In this document: in pieces, positions 37,137 through 49,468 of the stretch | Layout of the letters: each line of letters opens with the position of its first letter | Position numbering within the stretch: position 1 is the stretch's first letter | Assembly: GCF_963921235.1 (NCBI RefSeq) | Contig: NC_086097.1 | Span: 24,244,001 to 24,308,000 of the forward strand | DNA length: 64,000 nucleotides | Reading direction: 5' to 3' | Origin: Mobula hypostoma | Lineage: Eukaryota | Notes under the pieces: generated by a model | Database searches by the model: none | The model's input: only the letters and a program-made list of their open reading frames with translations | What the model was told of the DNA's origin: nothing | Position numbers and translations under genes: made by a program

Positions 37137-37418
37137 CTTTTTTTGGCGTGTGCGTGTGTGCGTGTACGATGTTGGCTGGACGATGTCTTTTTCATGCCTT
37201 TACAAGGCGCGGAGCGAGAGAGAGACTGTGTGGTGCGCCACTCCTCACACAGATATTTCACAGTATTTTTCCCTTTATTTTTACGAGGTCGAGTTGCGAT
37301 CTTGAAACTCAACCCGGCGCGGATGAAAAGCATACTCAGGAGCGGCCCTGACAGGACTCGAACCCGGGAACCCTCATTCCGGAGTCCGGCGCTGATGTTA
37401 TTGTGTCACCAGCCGGCC
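37137..37418 (-). mobile_element. Full-length, CpG-rich tRNA-derived SINE with A-rich tail and 14-bp TSD
   Basis: Minus strand GGCCGGCTGGTGACACAAT...GGTTCGAGTCC (B box); perfect TSD CTCAGCTATTTTCT at 37123-37136 and 37419-37432. Confidence 0.9.
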
Positions 37419-38811
37419 CTCAGCTATTTTCTTGATTTGCTTTTGTTCTTTAAGTGTTGTCCCATGTAAGTAGCTCTCCTTCATCCCACTTGTTCATCCC
37501 ACTTGCTCACAGTTGGTCCATATCCTTCTAAACTTCCCCTATCCGTTTACCTGTCCAAGTACCTTTGTAGTGTTTGGGAATAGAGGAGATGCAAGGGACT
37601 GCAGGTGCTGGAATCTAGAGCAACATTTGTTAATGGATGAATGAAAAATGGGGTGTTACTGTATATACAAAGGAATGGTTAGATTGATAGTGGAATAGGC
37701 ACAACATCATGGGCCAAAAGGCCTTTACCGTCCTGTACTGTTCTGTGTTCAAACTGCTGGAGGAACTCAGTGGGATTGAACAATATTTGTAGGAGGAAAG
37801 GAATTGTTGATGTTTTGGGTCAGGACCCTGCTCATTCACCCACATAGACTCAATAGAGTCATAGCACACTACAGCATGGAAACAAGCCCTTCAGCCCATC
37901 TAATCCACCCTCTGAGTGAAAAATTTCCACCTCAGGTTCCCCTTAAGAATTCCACCTTTCACCCTTAACCTATGAGCCCTGGTTCAAATCTCACCAAACC
38001 TCAGGGGGAAAAAAGGATATAGCCTTTCTCCATCACATTTCCAGACCCTGTCGTCCTCTCCTTTTCCTCTCTAGAGGACAGGTGGACTCCTTTCATCAGC
38101 CTGACATTGTTCTGTGGCCCTGAACTGGTGCCTCTCTGAAGCTTTGAAAAATGAAGAAAGACACTTCGGAGGCTGTAAAGGAACAGCTCCTGTACTTGCC
38201 CCGAGGAGATCAGCAAGACTTGACAAACACGTCAGCAGGATCAAGCATCTAAATCCCCATCAAGTTCATCACTTTCACCCATAAGACTGCTTCATGTTTT
38301 CTTTAAGAGTACTACAGTAAGTAACCATGGCAACGACTGAGCCACTGGAAGCCGGACTCCTCTTTGTCATCGACACCAGGACCAACTGCGAGGGACTGAT
38401 GGTAGGATTGCTCAGCAAGTGGTGGAGAAAGCAGCAGTAACCAGAAGTGTGGAACAGCAAGCCATTTCATCGGAATTCCAACGTAACCAGCTTGAGGAAG
38501 GGCCTCTTTCCTGAACTGTGAGCTTAATGTTGATGCATTAAAGGGATCCTTTTTCTTAAAGCTGTACTCTTCGTGAAAGAATGGCTGTGTGAATCAAGCA
38601 AAAAGACTTGGATTTGTCCAGAAATTAAAACACTACAGCTCAGTACAGGCCCATCAGCCTATGATGTTGTGCCGACCTTTTAACCTTTTATCAGAACTTG
38701 TTAATTGTTCGAGTGCCAGCTCAGAAACCGGAGAGTGAAAGCGGAAGTGAATTTTATTTTCCAAGTTTTCTTGAAATACAGTCACAGCAGTAACACCGGG
38801 GTTGTGGCACA

Positions 38812-38915
38812 GAGAGAGTGCTGCATTGTTTGAGGTGACTTCTTATGGAACAATATTTAACTGAGACCCAGTCTCTTCTCTCGCTTCTGAAAGATCATGA
38901 GAAAAAGAGGGTGGG
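38812..38915 (+). mobile_element. Deu-domain SINE fragment (AmnSINE1/SacSINE1-like)
   Basis: gagtgctgcattgtttgaggtg...tttaactgagacccagtct...aaagatc resembles the recalled Deu-domain consensus. Confidence 0.5.
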
Positions 38916-39333
38916 AATCGTCATAGAGTCAAAGAGCACTGCAGGGCAGATATAGGCCCTTTGGCCTTCCCAGTCCATGATGACCTGATCTTCTGCCAAC
39001 TCCCATCTGCCCTCACTGGGCTTATATCCTTCCAAACCCCCCATTATCCATGTACCTAAGCAAACTTCTCCTAAATGTAAACCCACATCTACCACTTCTG
39101 CTGGCAGATCATTCCACTCTCATGATTCAAGATTCAGATTTATTTATCCCATAGATATCAAAACATATGGTAAATGTGTGATTTGTGTTAATAACCAACA
39201 TCCCCAAGGATGTGCAGGGGGCAGCCTGCAAGTGTTGCCAGACATGCTGGCACCAACATCGCATGCCCACAATACTTACCAGTACAACACAGAACACAAG
39301 AAGATAGAACACGACGAACGACAAAACAAAAAC

Positions 39334-39779
39334 TGTTGCACGGAATGGGCAAACCCAAGCGCAGGACACTGGCACGGAGATAGAGTTAGGATGCAGACGA
39401 GGGTGTGAGCGTGGCTGGAGCTGAACAGCAAACAGGAGACAGGCGGCAGGCAATTCATATCTTGACACAGAGCGTTGCTGGAGCTTACCGGCTAACAGGA
39501 AAGGCAAGCGGCAGGCAATACTTATCTTGACACAGGGAGACAGAGTTGCACAGGTAAATCTCGGTACTGAAGTAAAAGTTAGTATACACAATCCTAAGCG
39601 GCCAGGAACGCGAATTACCACACTGGCTGAAACAACGATCTGGCGACAAGTGGATGCAAAGCCGGGGTTTTTATGCTGCAGGTTTAGGTGAGAATCAGGT
39701 GTCGCAATCAAGGAGCCCAGGAGAACACGGGGAAAGGAAATTAGGAGAATATTAGGAATTAACAGTCAAGACCGTGACA
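39334..39779 (-). mobile_element. Solo LTR (446 bp) of an LTR retrotransposon
   Basis: TGT...ACA termini (tgttgcacgg / ccgtgaca), 5-bp TSD AAAAC at 39329-39333 and 39780-39784, TATA-like cataaaaa on the minus strand, internal 28-bp direct repeat. Confidence 0.75.
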
Positions 39780-39886
39780 AAAACAGCTAAACAAGCCCAT
39801 TCCTCCTGCCCACCCACTCACCCACACACATACAAAGTCCTCCAACCCCAGGACATGCCATCTTCAACCTTCAGCGGACTTTTTTT

Positions 39887-40505
39887 TTAGATTACGCAGT
39901 TCTCCTTTATTGTCATTTAGTAATGCATGCATTATGAAATGATACATTATTCCTCCGGTGTGATATCACAGAAACACAGGACAGACCAAGACTGAAAAAC
40001 TAACAAAAACCACATAATTATAACATACAGTTACAACAGTGCAACAATACCATAACTTGATGAAGAACAGGCCACGGCACAGTAAAAAAGTTCAAAGTCT
40101 CTCGAAAGTCCCACATCTCACGCAGACGGGAGAAGGAAGAAAACTCTCCCTGCCATGCCCGACCACAGTCCGACTCTGAGTCGTCGGAAAACTTCAAGCC
40201 TCCGATCAGCCCTCCGACACCGAGTACCGAGCACCGAGCACCATCTCTATCCAAACGCTTCGACCTCAGCCTCGGTCGCCAGCAGCAGGCAAAGCCGGGG
40301 ATTTTGGGGCCTTCCCTCTGGAAGATTCTCAATTGCACAGTAACAGCTGCAGCGAACCGGGCATTTCAGAAATTTCTCCAGATGTTCCTCTGTGCTTTCA
40401 CGTCTGTCTCCATCAAATCAGAATTGTCCACGGCCCCTATTTAACAGATATGATATCATTTCACCAGGGAGCTGCGCGCGCTGCGTCGCGCTGCCATCTT
40501 TTCCC
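39887..40505 (-). mobile_element. Family A retroelement, copy 2
   Basis: Minus-strand head GGGAAAAGATGGCAGCGCGACGCAGCGCGCGC; possible TSD GACTT at 39877-39881 and 40506-40510. Confidence 0.85.
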
Positions 40506-41605
40506 GACTTGCAGACATTGGACCTTTGACTGACTTCCCAACAGCTGGCTTCATGTCTGTGGACTCACTTTCATAAACTTCAGTTCTGAATGTTGTTTGT
40601 TTGCTATTATTGTTTTTTCTCTCTGCACATTGGGTGTTTGATGGTCTTGTTTTAATGGATTCTAATGGGTTGTTTTTTTTTGTGGCTGACTGTAAGGAGA
40701 CAAGTTTCAAGATTGTATAAAGTATACATACTTCGATAATAAATATACTTTGAACTTTGAGATTTGCCTGCTTGGGGCTCCGGTCATCCATACTCTGAAT
40801 GAAGAATTTCCTATGCAATTATTTATTCTTTGGTTGAAATGTCTACAAAAGCATGTCTGGATTGTTATCACATTGCTTTTTGTGAGAGATTCATGTGCAT
40901 GGCTTGGTTGCTGCATTCTCTACATTTACTATATCATTACATTTTCCAAAAGTACTTTATCATCTGCAAAGTACTTTCAGATTGTGAACAATACCAAGGT
41001 GTCAATGTGACTCCCACACAATCTGACCTTGGAGATTCAGAAGCACAGCTGTATGTTTCTGACCACATCAAATGCACCGTCAGGAAAATATCTACTCCAT
41101 TTAATATTTTTCAAATATAATCTAATAGTCAGGAGCATCATTGTAAGTGTTCAGCTCAATGAGTAATAATGCGGTGTATTTTTAATGCCTGTTTATGTGT
41201 GCAAGGGACCAAGGACATGACATCGATTAATGTTCTGCGATTCCTCAGATCTTTTCCAAATGGCCGAAAATGTCATGCCTCAGTTCTCTCCCTCAGTGCT
41301 GGAATGGATGTTTGCTTAATTGAATGTGAATGGCAAAAAGTTGTCTAAGGGCACAGCACACAATACTCTGAAAAAGAAACTCCGGTGTGCTGACCACAGC
41401 GGGAAAGTGATTTCTTGGAAGTCTTGGTCCAGTTAGTTTGATTTTATGTCATTTTTCTTACTATTTTTATCAAAAATAGGAAAAAGAAAATTCTTGAACA
41501 GTCTCAACAGGTCAGGCAGCATCAATAGAAAGAGAAATAGCGAGTGTTTCAAAGTCTGAAACTTAGTAAGAACATTTATCTTTGACTTGTCGACTGCTTC
41601 TCCAT

Positions 41606-42178
41606 ACAGAACTTCACCAGAAGGATCCTGGGAATGAAGGAGTTAATGTAGGAGGAGTATTTGATGGCACTGGGTCTGCATTCACTGGAGTTGAGAAGGC
41701 AGAAGATTGGAGCTGAGAAGGAAAAATAGATCAGCCATGGAGCAGGGTAATGGTCCAAATTACCTAATTCTGCTGCTCTATCTAAAGGTCTAATGATGGG
41801 AGGGAGGAAGATCTCATTGTAACTTATTGAATATTGAAAGGCCTAGATAGAGTGGATCTGGAGACTATGCTTCTAGGACCCGAGGGCACAGCCTAAGAAC
41901 AGAATGATGTCCCTTTAGAACAGAGATAAGGAGGAATTTCATTAGCCAGATCGTATGGTGGTAAATCTGTGAAATCCATTGCCTCAGTGGCCATGGAGGC
42001 CAAATCATTAAGTATATTTAAAGCGGAATTTGATAGGTTCTTTACTAGTAAGGGTATCAAAGATTATGGGGAGAAGGCAGGAGAATGGAGTTGAGAGGGA
42101 CAATAAACAATCATCATTGAATGGTGGTGCAAACCCAATGGGCCAAATGGCCTAATTCTGCTCCTATGTCTTATGGTC
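41606..42178 (+). mobile_element. CR1 3' fragment with a second short CR1 3' end nested at ~41695-41795
   Basis: Homologous to 21960-22442; the terminal cctaattctgct motif occurs twice. Confidence 0.75.
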
Positions 42179-42769
42179 TAGGGTCACAGTGGCTGCCTGA
42201 CCTATCGAGTTTTCAATACTTATTTCTGAATTCCAGCATCTGCAGTCCCTTTGGTTGAATGGCACCTTAGTCTGAAGTTTCAGATCAGCTTCTGTGGTAT
42301 CAGGGACAGAGAATAAGAATAAGACAGGATGCGGAGAAAGAGACAACAGTTGTTCCTTTCATGACAATGTCTTTAGAAGGGAGTAAAGGTCCACTGAGCA
42401 AATGCCCTCATTGTGCTCTCCAGTGCTTGGTACATTTTTAACTATCCATCTGCTAGATACCGATAGACTCCCTGTGGATTTATTTAACAATTTCAATTAC
42501 CTGCCTGTATTTAACTATATGCTAATTCAAGGACAGAAAAGAAATAAATCATTAAAGATAATTTGGTGATGGGCCAATGGGGATAGCTGAGTGTTCTTGG
42601 GCAGCCAAGCGGAACTCCTATTGACAGGTGCAGTTAAGACCTTCCTGTACAGAGAACCAGAAAACTGAGTTAAACTGAAATCAGAGTAATTGAACTTTAA
42701 ATTGATTAACTTGGCAAATCTTAAAGACTGAGAAGGTAGATCCTGTCCAAGTAATTTAGCACTGTGGCT

Positions 42770-43266
42770 TTATAAAGTATTGTTCAGACTGCACTAAGAA
42801 AGAATATGCTGGCAATGGAGAGGGTCCATGATCTCCGGAATTATTTAATGGTTTGAGCCTGTACTTGTTAGAGTTTAGAAAAATGATTGGGGAATATCAC
42901 TGAAACCTATCAAATATTGAAAGGCCTAGATAGAGTAGATGTGGAGGAGGTGTTTCCTGTAGTGGGGAAGTCTAGGATCAAAGGCCACAGCCTCGGAATA
43001 CAAGAATGTAGAAATGAGGAGGAATTTTTTTAGCTGGGGGTAGTGAATCTGTGGAATTCATTGCCACAGACGGCTGTGAGTGGCAAATCATTGGGTATAT
43101 TTAAGTGGAGGTTGATATGTTCTTGATTAGTAAGGGCATCAAAGGTTATGGGGAGAAACAGGAGAATGGGGTTGACGGGGATAATAAATTGCTCATGATG
43201 GAATACTGGAGCAGACTTGATAGGCTGAATGGCTGAATTCTGCTTCTATGTATGTATGGTCTTATG
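42770..43266 (+). mobile_element. CR1 LINE 3' fragment
   Basis: gtgaatctgtggaattcattgccacag...aattctgcttctatg...tatggtcttatg. Confidence 0.8.
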
Positions 43267-43409
43267 ACCTGTTCATTGTGGTTGTATATAGCTTAGTGTG
43301 TGATTGTGCATACAGTACATGAATATGCAAATCAAAGAATGCACATGCAGTTGCTTATTGGGCATACGTACACTTATTGGTATTGGTCCTGATGCTTCTC
43401 TGAGGATTG

Positions 43410-43630
43410 TTACCTTGTTGTGGTGGAGAGGCTTTTTAATTCCTGTAATCCTGAGAGTGAGGCTGTCTGGAGTTTAGCCATCTAGTGCTTGGCTCCTGGT
43501 AAAGTCACTCATGACAGTAAGGTCAAGGGGGAGGTTCCGAACAAAGAGCAATCCAACCAAGTCCTCAATGGCGGAGCTGGCCGAAGATGATAATGCATCA
43601 CAATGGCAGTGAAAGCATCAGGGACAGCTG
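43410..43630 (+). mobile_element. RTE 5'-UTR-derived module
   Basis: taccttgttgtggtggagaggc...ggtaaagtcactcatgacagtaaggtcaagggggaggttcc. Confidence 0.6.
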
Positions 43631-43635
43631 AGTCA

Positions 43636-44600
43636 TTGAGACTCAAGACCCCTTTCTGCAACTGGATCTTAAACTTCGAAGCAGAAAAAAAACCAGTCAG
43701 TCTGAGTTGGCAGCAATGTCTCAAGTTCCATCACATTGAGGACTGGGACTCCGTAGGGCTGTGTGTTCAGCTCTCTGCAGTTCCTGCTACTAACTCACAA
43801 CCTGCACCACCAGATTCAGCTCAAATCGCATCATCCAGTTCGCTGATGATCCAACAGTGGTTGGCCTCGTCAGCAACAATAATCAGTCGGCATACAGAAA
43901 GAGGTAGAGATGCTTGCAAATAGTGCAAGAACAATCTGAGACTCAACATGGACAAGACAAAAGAGATGATTGTGGATTTCAGGAAGGTACAGGTCAGCCA
44001 TTCTCCATTGAACATCAATGATTGAGCTGTGGAGAGAGTGAAGAACAGAATGTTCCTTGGTGTTGCATGTAACAGATGATGTAACCTGGACCCACAATAC
44101 TTCCTTGCTAGTCAACAGGGCACAGCAGCATCTACACTTTCTGAGGAAACCGAGACGTGCGTGTCCCTGACCCCATTCTGAAAACTTTCTACAGGAGCAC
44201 CACTGAGAATGCCGCTGTATCATTGTGTAGCATATAGGATGCGAGGTGTCAGACTTCAGACCCTACAGAGGATAGTTAAAACCACCTACAGAATCACCAG
44301 GGTCTCCATTCCTCCCCCCTCCATTTGTGACATTTACTGGAAGCGTTGCAGACGAAGGGCCCAAAGCATTGTTGAGGATTCCCACCACCCATCCCACAAT
44401 CTCTTTGACCCACTGCCCTCAAGAAAGAGGTACAGAAGCATCAGGTCAAAGACTTCATCAACTTGCCTATGGTAATATTTTGATTTATGTGCTGTGTGTA
44501 TTATATGTTTTGTGGGTGCACCGTTGTCCACCAGAGCAACATTGTTTCATTCGACTGTATATATGTACAGTCAGATGACAATAAACTTGAACTTGAATTT
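43636..44600 (+). mobile_element. Rex1/Babar-like LINE RT and 3' fragment (decayed)
   Basis: CNWILNF; ttcgctgatgat (FADD); LNMDKTKEMIVDFRK; SHHPSHNLFDPLPSRKRYRSI; tail caataaacttgaacttgaa. Confidence 0.8.
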
Positions 44601-47049
44601 GAAGGCAGAGGAACTGTGTTAAACAAAGTCATGCATAGGCGTCGTCTGTTAAGGGATTCTGGATCTGCCTCTACAACCACCTAATGGCCCACCAATAGAA
44701 AACCCCTTAGGAGAACATCAAACTTGACTTGAGTATTCACACTAGTACTATTAATAGTTCTCATGAAAGTTCTTGGCCTGTCACATCGTCTGGTTTTTTC
44801 TCTCTATAGATGCTGCCTGACCTGCTTTGTTCCTCCAGCATATTGTATGTGTTCCTCACAATTTGCAGCATCTGCAAAACCTCTTGTGTTTATTGGGATT
44901 GGTTTAATATTGTCACATGTACCAAGATACAGAGAAGAGCTTATCTCACATACTGTTCATGCAGATCAATTCATTGCACAATGCATTGATCTAGAATAAG
45001 GCAAAACAAAAACAGTGCAGAATAAAGTACAAAATCTACCAGAAAAAATGCAGTGCAGGCAATGATAAAGTGCAAGATCTCGCCGAAGTAGATTCTGAGG
45101 TCAAGAGTCCACCTTATTGTACAGAAAGTCCATTCAAGAACCTGATAATAGTGAGTCAGAAACTGTCCTTGAGCGTTCAGGTTTTTGTTTTTTCTGCCTG
45201 TATATGTTTGTGTATGTGTTTGCATATTCATACATCTGGAATGTGTATGGACATATCCATGAGTTTGCGTATATCTGCATCATATCAGTGAACGTGTGAA
45301 TATCTATATGTGTTTCCCTGTATATAAGTTTATATACAATGTACACAAATAATGTCGTCACAGTTCTGGAGTCTGCCCGTCCAGGCTCCCTTGTGGTGAT
45401 ATTATGTGTGCATGTGAAATTTTCAAGATAAACTCTAATACAAAAATGTGGGAACATTTTAACAATCATTTTCTATTATAGTCTGTAACCAAATGGCCAC
45501 CTACAATCATCGATTGCCCTAAGTAGATATAAGAACTGGGAGCAGGAACAAACCACCTCAGGAGACAGAAGAAATTAGGCAAGTCTTCATCGATGCCCAC
45601 CAATTTTTATCGATGCACCAAAGAAAGCATCCTATCTCAATGCATAACGGGTTGGTTTGGCAACTACTCTGCATGGATCACAAGGAACTGCAGTGAATTG
45701 TAGACGCAGCTCAGCACATCACATAAACCACCCGTTCCTTCTATGGACTCTATCCATACTTCTTGCTGCATGAGTAAGCCTGCCAGCATAGTCATAGATA
45801 CCTCCTCCTTGTCACCTCTTCCATCGGATAGGAGATACAAAGGCCTGAAAGCATGTGTCTCCAGGCTCAAGGACAGCTTTTATCTCACTGTTATTATAAT
45901 ATTAACCAGTTCCCTGGTGTGATAATTTGGTGTGACATTTTAAACACCTTATTGTTCACCTGCACTGCATTTTTGCTGTGATTGTCTCCAAAGAACACAT
46001 AAGGTGGAGGTTGATAGGCTCTTGATTAGTAGGGGCATCAACAGTTATGGAGGGAAGGCAGTAGAATGGGGTTGATAATAAATCAGACATGATGGAAAGG
46101 CAGATTAGACTTAATGGGATGAATGGCCTAATTCTACTCCTGTGTCTCTGTTTTACACCATCTGAGTTGGGATCAAATATTTTGCTCCATAATAATGAAA
46201 GGCTTACAGGATAGTGTTTAAAAGCAGAGTTGTAAACCTGAAGAGGTGAAAAAGCATGTTATAATTCAAGTCATCTCCCACCATCTTTGCCTTATATATC
46301 ACCCCAATCTTGTATTTCTCCTTCAAGGTAATACGTACTCACTTGTCAAACCTGCCAACAAGTATCAGTTAAAACTCAAGTAGAACTGTTCGCAGAGACA
46401 GTGAAATACAAGTGAGCTCCCAAAATACAAGACAGAGTATATTTGCTACACAGTTCAATAACCTGCAAGACTTTTGGGTGATAGGCTTTCATCGGCTTCC
46501 CAATACAATGTCATACATGACAAGTTCAACTTCATCAGAATACTGAACAAATTAAATTGAGAACATTCTCCAGTGCACAGTGCAAGCCACATGCTCCAGG
46601 GAACTGAGATGTCCATCAACTAAAAGCCAACGCACAGCAGAGATTGATAGACGCTGACTGGCTGACAAACAGTGGTCTGTTCGTGGCCCGTTTATAAAGA
46701 TAGTTATTATTCTTCTAGCCAAATGCAACTTTACCAGGAGCCAGAAAGCAAGGCAGAGTGATACAGGTCCTTTCTCTTTGTCCAGATCCAAAGCAATCTG
46801 CTCATATGTCGGCTCTGTTTCTCTCCCTGCAGATGTGGAGTGTTTCTGTTTGTATTTTACATTTCTGTTTTAGTTCGGCACCACCTGGAGTTTTGTTTTA
46901 TTTTCACTTGACCACACTCGAAAGAGGTCACTGTTGGTATCCATTTTCCAGAGCAAGATCTGAAGAACTCTGAAGGATTAGTTTCTTGGTTTTAGCAACA
47001 TTGACCAGAGCACCCCATTTCAAATTAATGGAATGGGAGGGGCTGTACT

Positions 47050-48332
47050 ATAGTCATAGTCATACTTTATTGATCCCGGGGGAAATTGGTTTTCGTTACA
47101 GTTACAGTTAAATAATAAATAGTAATAGAAATAGTAATAGTAATATTACTATTAGTAAATAGTAAATAGTAATAGTCATAGAAATAATAAATAGTAATAG
47201 AATAGTAATAGAAAATAGTAATAAATAGTTAAATAATAATATGTAAATTATGCCAGTAAATTATGGAATAAGTCCAGGACCAGCCTATCGGCTCAGGGTG
47301 TCTGACCCAAGGGAGGAGTTGAAAAGTTTGATGGCCACAGGCAGGAATGGCTTCCTATGACGCTCTGTGTTGCATCTCGGTGGAATGAGTCTCTGGCTGA
47401 ATGTACTCCTGTGCCCACCCAGTACATTATGTAGTGGATGAGAGACATGAACCAAGATGGCATGCAACTTAGACAGCATCCTCTTTTCAGACACCACCAT
47501 GAGAGAGTCCAGTTCCATCTCCACAACATCACTGGCCTTACGAATGAGTTTGTTGATCCTGTTGGTGTCTGCTACCCTCAGCCTGCAGCCCCAGCACACA
47601 ACGGCATACATGATAGCACTGGCCACCACAGACTCGTAGAACATCCTCAGCATTGTCCGGCAAATGTTAAAGGACCTCAGTCTCCTCAGGAAATAGAGAC
47701 GGCTCTGACCCTTCTTGTAGACACCCTCAGTGTTCTTAGACCAGTCCAGTTTATTGTCAATTCATATCCCCAGGTATTTGTAATCCTCCACCGTGTCCAC
47801 ACTGACCCCCTGGATGGAAACAGGGGTCACCGGTACCTTAGCTCTCCTCAGGTCTGCCACCAGCTCCTTAGTCTTTTTCACATTAAGCTGCAGATAATTC
47901 TGCTCACACCATGTGACAAAGTTTCCTACCATAGCCCTGTACTCAGCCTCATCTCCCTTGCTGATGCATCCAACTATGGCAGAGTTATCGGAAAACTTCT
48001 GAAGATGACAAGACTCCGTGCAGTAGTTGAAGTCCGAGGTGTAAATGATGAAGAGAAAGGGAGACAAGACAGTCCCTTGTGGAGCCCCAGTGCTGCTGAT
48101 CACTCTGTCAGACACACAGTGTTGCAAGCACACGTACTGTGGTCTGCCAGTCAGGTAGTCAAGAATCCATGATACCAGGGAAGTATCCACCTGCATCGCT
48201 GTCAGCTTCTCCCCCAGCAGAGCAGGGCAGATGGTGTTGAACGCACTGGAGGTCAAAAAATATGACCCTCACAGTGCTCGCTGGCTTGTCCAGGTGGGCG
48301 TAGACATGGTTCAGCAGGTAGACGATGGCATT
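47050..48332 (-). mobile_element. Well-preserved 5'-truncated Rex1/Babar LINE (RT domain to 3' end)
   Basis: VRVIFFD/SSAFNTI...TGAPQGTVLSPFLFIIYTSD...QKFSDNS...LNVKKTKELVADLRR...YKYLGI, then in the same frame after one stop MLRMFYESVVASAI...FLPVAIKLFN; 3' end cccccgggatcaataaagtatgactatgactat. Confidence 0.92.
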
Positions 48333-48384
48333 ATTATAGAGAGCAATTAACAGAATTGCTTTACTATACCAACAATCACTCATT

Positions 48385-48655
48385 AGGGTTTGATTCCCGC
48401 CACTGTCTGTAAGGAATTTTTACCTTTTCCTCACAACTCTATGGGTTTCCTCTGGGCACTCGGGTTTCCTCCCACATTCCAAAGAGGTATGAGTTAGACT
48501 CCGTGAGTTATGGGCATTCTATGTTGGTGGTGGAAGCATGGTGACACTTGTGGGCTGCTTTAAGCACAATCCTCAGTGCCCTAATTTGACATAAACAATA
48601 TATTTCGCTGTTATGTTTCAATGCATGTGTGACAAATGAAGCTAATCCTTAAAAC
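48385..48655 (+). mobile_element. V-SINE/HE1-like SINE
   Basis: gggtttgattcccgccactgtctgtaaggaa...gggtttcctcccacattccaaag...gtgacaaatgaagctaatc. Confidence 0.75.
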
Positions 48656-49181
48656 TGATCTTTCTCTTTTCTACATCCCTCTGAGAGGTCCAGTCCAGTG
48701 TGTCCTCTGGCAGCACACACTCCATTGGAGTATTAACCAACCTTTTTGTGTGAACTTTCTGCAGTAGAATTTGCACCTGCAAAACTTATGTTTCTTCAAC
48801 GGCAATCCACGTATTATGGGGCCGTGATATAAAGGCCTCATTACCAACCATTCGTAACCCTGGCAACTAAATCTGGATCAGGTGCACAAACTCACCCTGT
48901 GTGTAGTATTTGCCACTTTTTATACAGCTGGTAGTACAGCGCATGGGAATCACCTCACAGAGAGGTGGAGCATATCAATAATAAATTCCGGCCAGCCCCC
49001 CTCCCACATGGTGCATTTTAGTTTATAGTTGCACTTTTTAACGCCATGACCTCTACCACCAAGAAAGACAAGAGCAAGAGGCACAAGGAAGCACCCCAGC
49101 CCCAGTCTGTACGTCATCTTGACTTGAAAACGTACTGTTGGTCCTTCTTTATCAATGGGTCCAAATCCTTGAACTCCCGAC

Positions 49182-49468
49182 CAACACATACAAAATGCTG
49201 GAAGAACTCAGCAGTTAAGGCAGCATCTATGGAAAGGAAGAAACAGTCAATGAATTGAGCTAAAACCCTTCATTAGAACCGGAAAGGAAGGGAGATGAGG
49301 CCAGGATAAGAAGGTGGGGTGGCGGGGGGGAGGAGAGGAGTACAAGCTGGCAGGTGATGAGATTAGGTGAGGGGGAAGGTGGGTGGGTGGGGAAAGGAGA
49401 ATGAAGCATAAAGCAGGGAGGGTATGGGTGGAAGAGGTAAAGGCTGAAGAAGAAAGAATCAAAGGAAA
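49182..49468 (-). mobile_element. Penelope family 1 pseudo-LTR fragment nested in an old CR1-type 3' end (~48930-49595)
   Basis: Homologous to 5095-5340; imperfect flanking repeat gaactcccgac / gagctcctgac. Confidence 0.65.

Larger units (their letters stand above)
36321..37475. mobile_element. pogo/Tigger-like non-autonomous DNA transposon remnant carrying two nested retroelements
   Basis: Starts TA|CAGTGGATTCCAGTTAATGGGGACAC (Tigger-type terminus); the far end tgtcccatgtaagtagct is only a partial subterminal match. Confidence 0.55.

Noticed and set aside
37335..37418. tRNA gene
   Set aside because: tRNA-like head continues into a SINE body and A-rich tail, bounded by a 14-bp TSD; the A box is degenerate.
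39127..39711. 194-aa minus-strand ORF
   Set aside because: Runs across a solo LTR and its host repeat with no recognisable domain.
47438..48172. Longest ORF in the track (244 aa, +)
   Set aside because: Antisense shadow of the Rex1 RT on the minus strand.
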